Source: Stramenopiles sp. TOSAG23-3
Lineage: Eukaryota
Length of the DNA stretch: 40,277 nucleotides
Direction: 5' to 3'
Assembly (NCBI GenBank): GCA_900128585.1
Contig: LT642183.1
Location: 1 to 40,277, forward strand
Below are positions 38,672 to 40,277 of the stretch, one piece after another (within the stretch, counting starts at the first letter, position 1; each line of letters begins with the position of its first letter). The notes under the pieces were generated by a model, which was not told the origin of the DNA, did no database searches, and saw nothing but the letters and a program-made list of their open reading frames with translations. The position numbers and the translations under genes are program-made.

Positions 38672-39712
38672 ATGGTTCGGTTTGCAAGGCATCGGTATGT
38701 TTCGCTGGCGGTTGTGGCAGTCGGTGGGGGGATATTCCTAACGAAGGGGAAGGGGGGAAAGGCGTCGCGGCCACAGCCCATAATATTATTTACAGATTTG
38801 GACGGTACGTGGGTAGACTACAAGTTTCCTTCGGAACAAGTAAGGGCAGACTTGGCAGCGTTCCATGAATACTGGGACCGCGTTGAAAGACCGAGGGGCT
38901 CCGTGCTTGTTTACAACACGGCACGATGCATTCGAATGTACGAAGCTCTGCCTAAAGATTTTGAAAATTTTGAAACACCGGACATCCTAATTACAGGCGA
39001 GGGCGTTGAGATAAGGTGGGCGTCATCCAAGCTAGGTGCTGAAACTGCAAGTGGAGGGAGTAGCCACGGGCACAAGGACGCGGACGTTTCATTTTCAATT
39101 GACCCGAAATGGGCGAGCGTGATTCGACAGGCTTGGTGGGACAGTGCGGTAGGCAATGCTGTGAAGCAGGCGCTGGACGCGGTGGATGAGCACTGTATCC
39201 TGAACCTGAACGATGTAGGCAATGCACTCAATGATGTCGGCGAAGCAAGGTATGCAGTAACCATAAAGGGGGGGGATGGGGTCCTGGGCAGGTGTGCTGT
39301 AATCGTGGAAGAATTGGAGGAAGAGCTCAACGGTGAGGAAAAGGTAGTAATGCTCAGCACGTACCCGGCATGGGGAGAAGCCCCAGTCCCTCACATTATT
39401 AACGCGGTGCCAATGGTTGCAGGAAAAGGCCGTGCTGCAAGGTACATTGCAGACGCCCTTGGTTTTGAAGAATGCGATTGCCTTGCCGCCGGCGACACCC
39501 TGGGGGATGCACCTATGATCGTGGACACAAACATGCCATTTTTGGCGGTCGGAAATGCAAAGGATTCGTTGAAAGACATTGTTACGCACAGAAACGACAA
39601 TTGCGATGCGTCGACTGCCCCGTTTACTATCGTTGTGGACGGCGTTGGAGTCTCCGGTGTTCTAGAAGGATTGAAGAAATTTCGCAAACATCGTGGGGAA
39701 GTTATTGGTTAA
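38672..39712 (+). CDS. Sucrose-phosphate phosphatase-like HAD-IIB hydrolase with N-terminal hydrophobic anchor
   Basis: Likely ATG at 38672. Motif I LFTDLDGT, motif II VYNTAR, PDILITGEGVEI (SPP-like PDxxIxxVGTEI), motif III KGRAARYI, motif IV GDTLGD, VGNA. Confidence 0.8.
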   Translation: MVRFARHRYVSLAVVAVGGGIFLTKGKGGKASRPQPIILFTDLDGTWVDYKFPSEQVRADLAAFHEYWDRVERPRGSVLVYNTARCIRMYEALPKDFENFETPDILITGEGVEIRWASSKLGAETASGGSSHGHKDADVSFSIDPKWASVIRQAWWDSAVGNAVKQALDAVDEHCILNLNDVGNALNDVGEARYAVTIKGGDGVLGRCAVIVEELEEELNGEEKVVMLSTYPAWGEAPVPHIINAVPMVAGKGRAARYIADALGFEECDCLAAGDTLGDAPMIVDTNMPFLAVGNAKDSLKDIVTHRNDNCDASTAPFTIVVDGVGVSGVLEGLKKFRKHRGEVIG

Positions 39713-40277
39713 CATTTTAATTGAAATTAGGAAACTGAAGACCATAGACTTTTAATTGATACGCGCACAATGAAACAAATGGCATTTAATACTTTTTTTA
39801 ACACAAAAAATTGGCTGTTACCGAATGGGCAATGAGCAAGCAGACGGAAGAAAATAAAATTGTGAAATACTTTACCTATCAACATTAATTAGAATACTAT
39901 TTACAACATTAGACTACTACTACAAATTTTTTCGCTTTTTTTTTTGTCGATCGACGGTTTTCCATCGTTTTCCATCGTTTTCATCAGTTATAATCTATTT
40001 AACAGCATCACAGTATACACTATAAAGGATAATTATTCTTGTGTTTTTTTTAATTAATTAATGATGTATTTTTTTATACATTGAATAGCACAGGAATATT
40101 TATGATAATACGAAATAATTTGTTTTTAACGCTTGCCTTGCCTCTTCCTGCCGAGCTCTTTTTTTTTTTTTAATACGAGGAGCGTAGCATGAATAATTCA
40201 ATAAACAACAGAAGACAAAAAACAGCTTTTTAATACACCAAATACCATACAATAAGATTGTTGTGATATTTTAACAA

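Noticed and set aside
39957..39985. 10-bp tandem repeat (tccatcgttt) and the local duplication at ~31755-31845
   Set aside because: Short slippage repeats with no further structure.
1..40277. Alternative genetic code or stop-codon readthrough
   Set aside because: Conserved genes translate intact in the standard code, and TAA, TAG and TGA all serve as terminators.

Overview
Gene-dense eukaryotic (protist) genomic DNA with about 16 apparently intronless, ATG-initiated genes in standard code, separated by short, very AT-rich, low-complexity spacers, plus one 85-N scaffold gap. IFT52 implies a flagellated organism; a stramenopile-like protist is only a tentative guess. Genes in order: PWWP/TFIIS-M/SPOC chromatin-transcription protein, BRO1-UBA protein, flavin monooxygenase fusion, IFT52, TLC-like membrane protein, PPR-TrmB (PPR-TGM type), secreted-looking protein with a Tyr/Cys-rich tail, AADAT-like aminotransferase, ankyrin protein, small orphan, EF-hand protein, transportin-3/importin-13-like karyopherin, vanin/biotinidase, SBDS with an unusual tail, SUC/SLC45 sugar transporter, and a sucrose-phosphatase-like HAD. 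The most interesting signals are a head-to-head sucrose-transporter/sucrose-phosphatase pair, a recurrent oriented 3'-flank motif (AAAATTGGCTGTTA), promoter-associated GACGAC and GTAC clusters, several unusual domain fusions, and a possible kinase relic. All calls come from reading motifs by eye; no searches were run.
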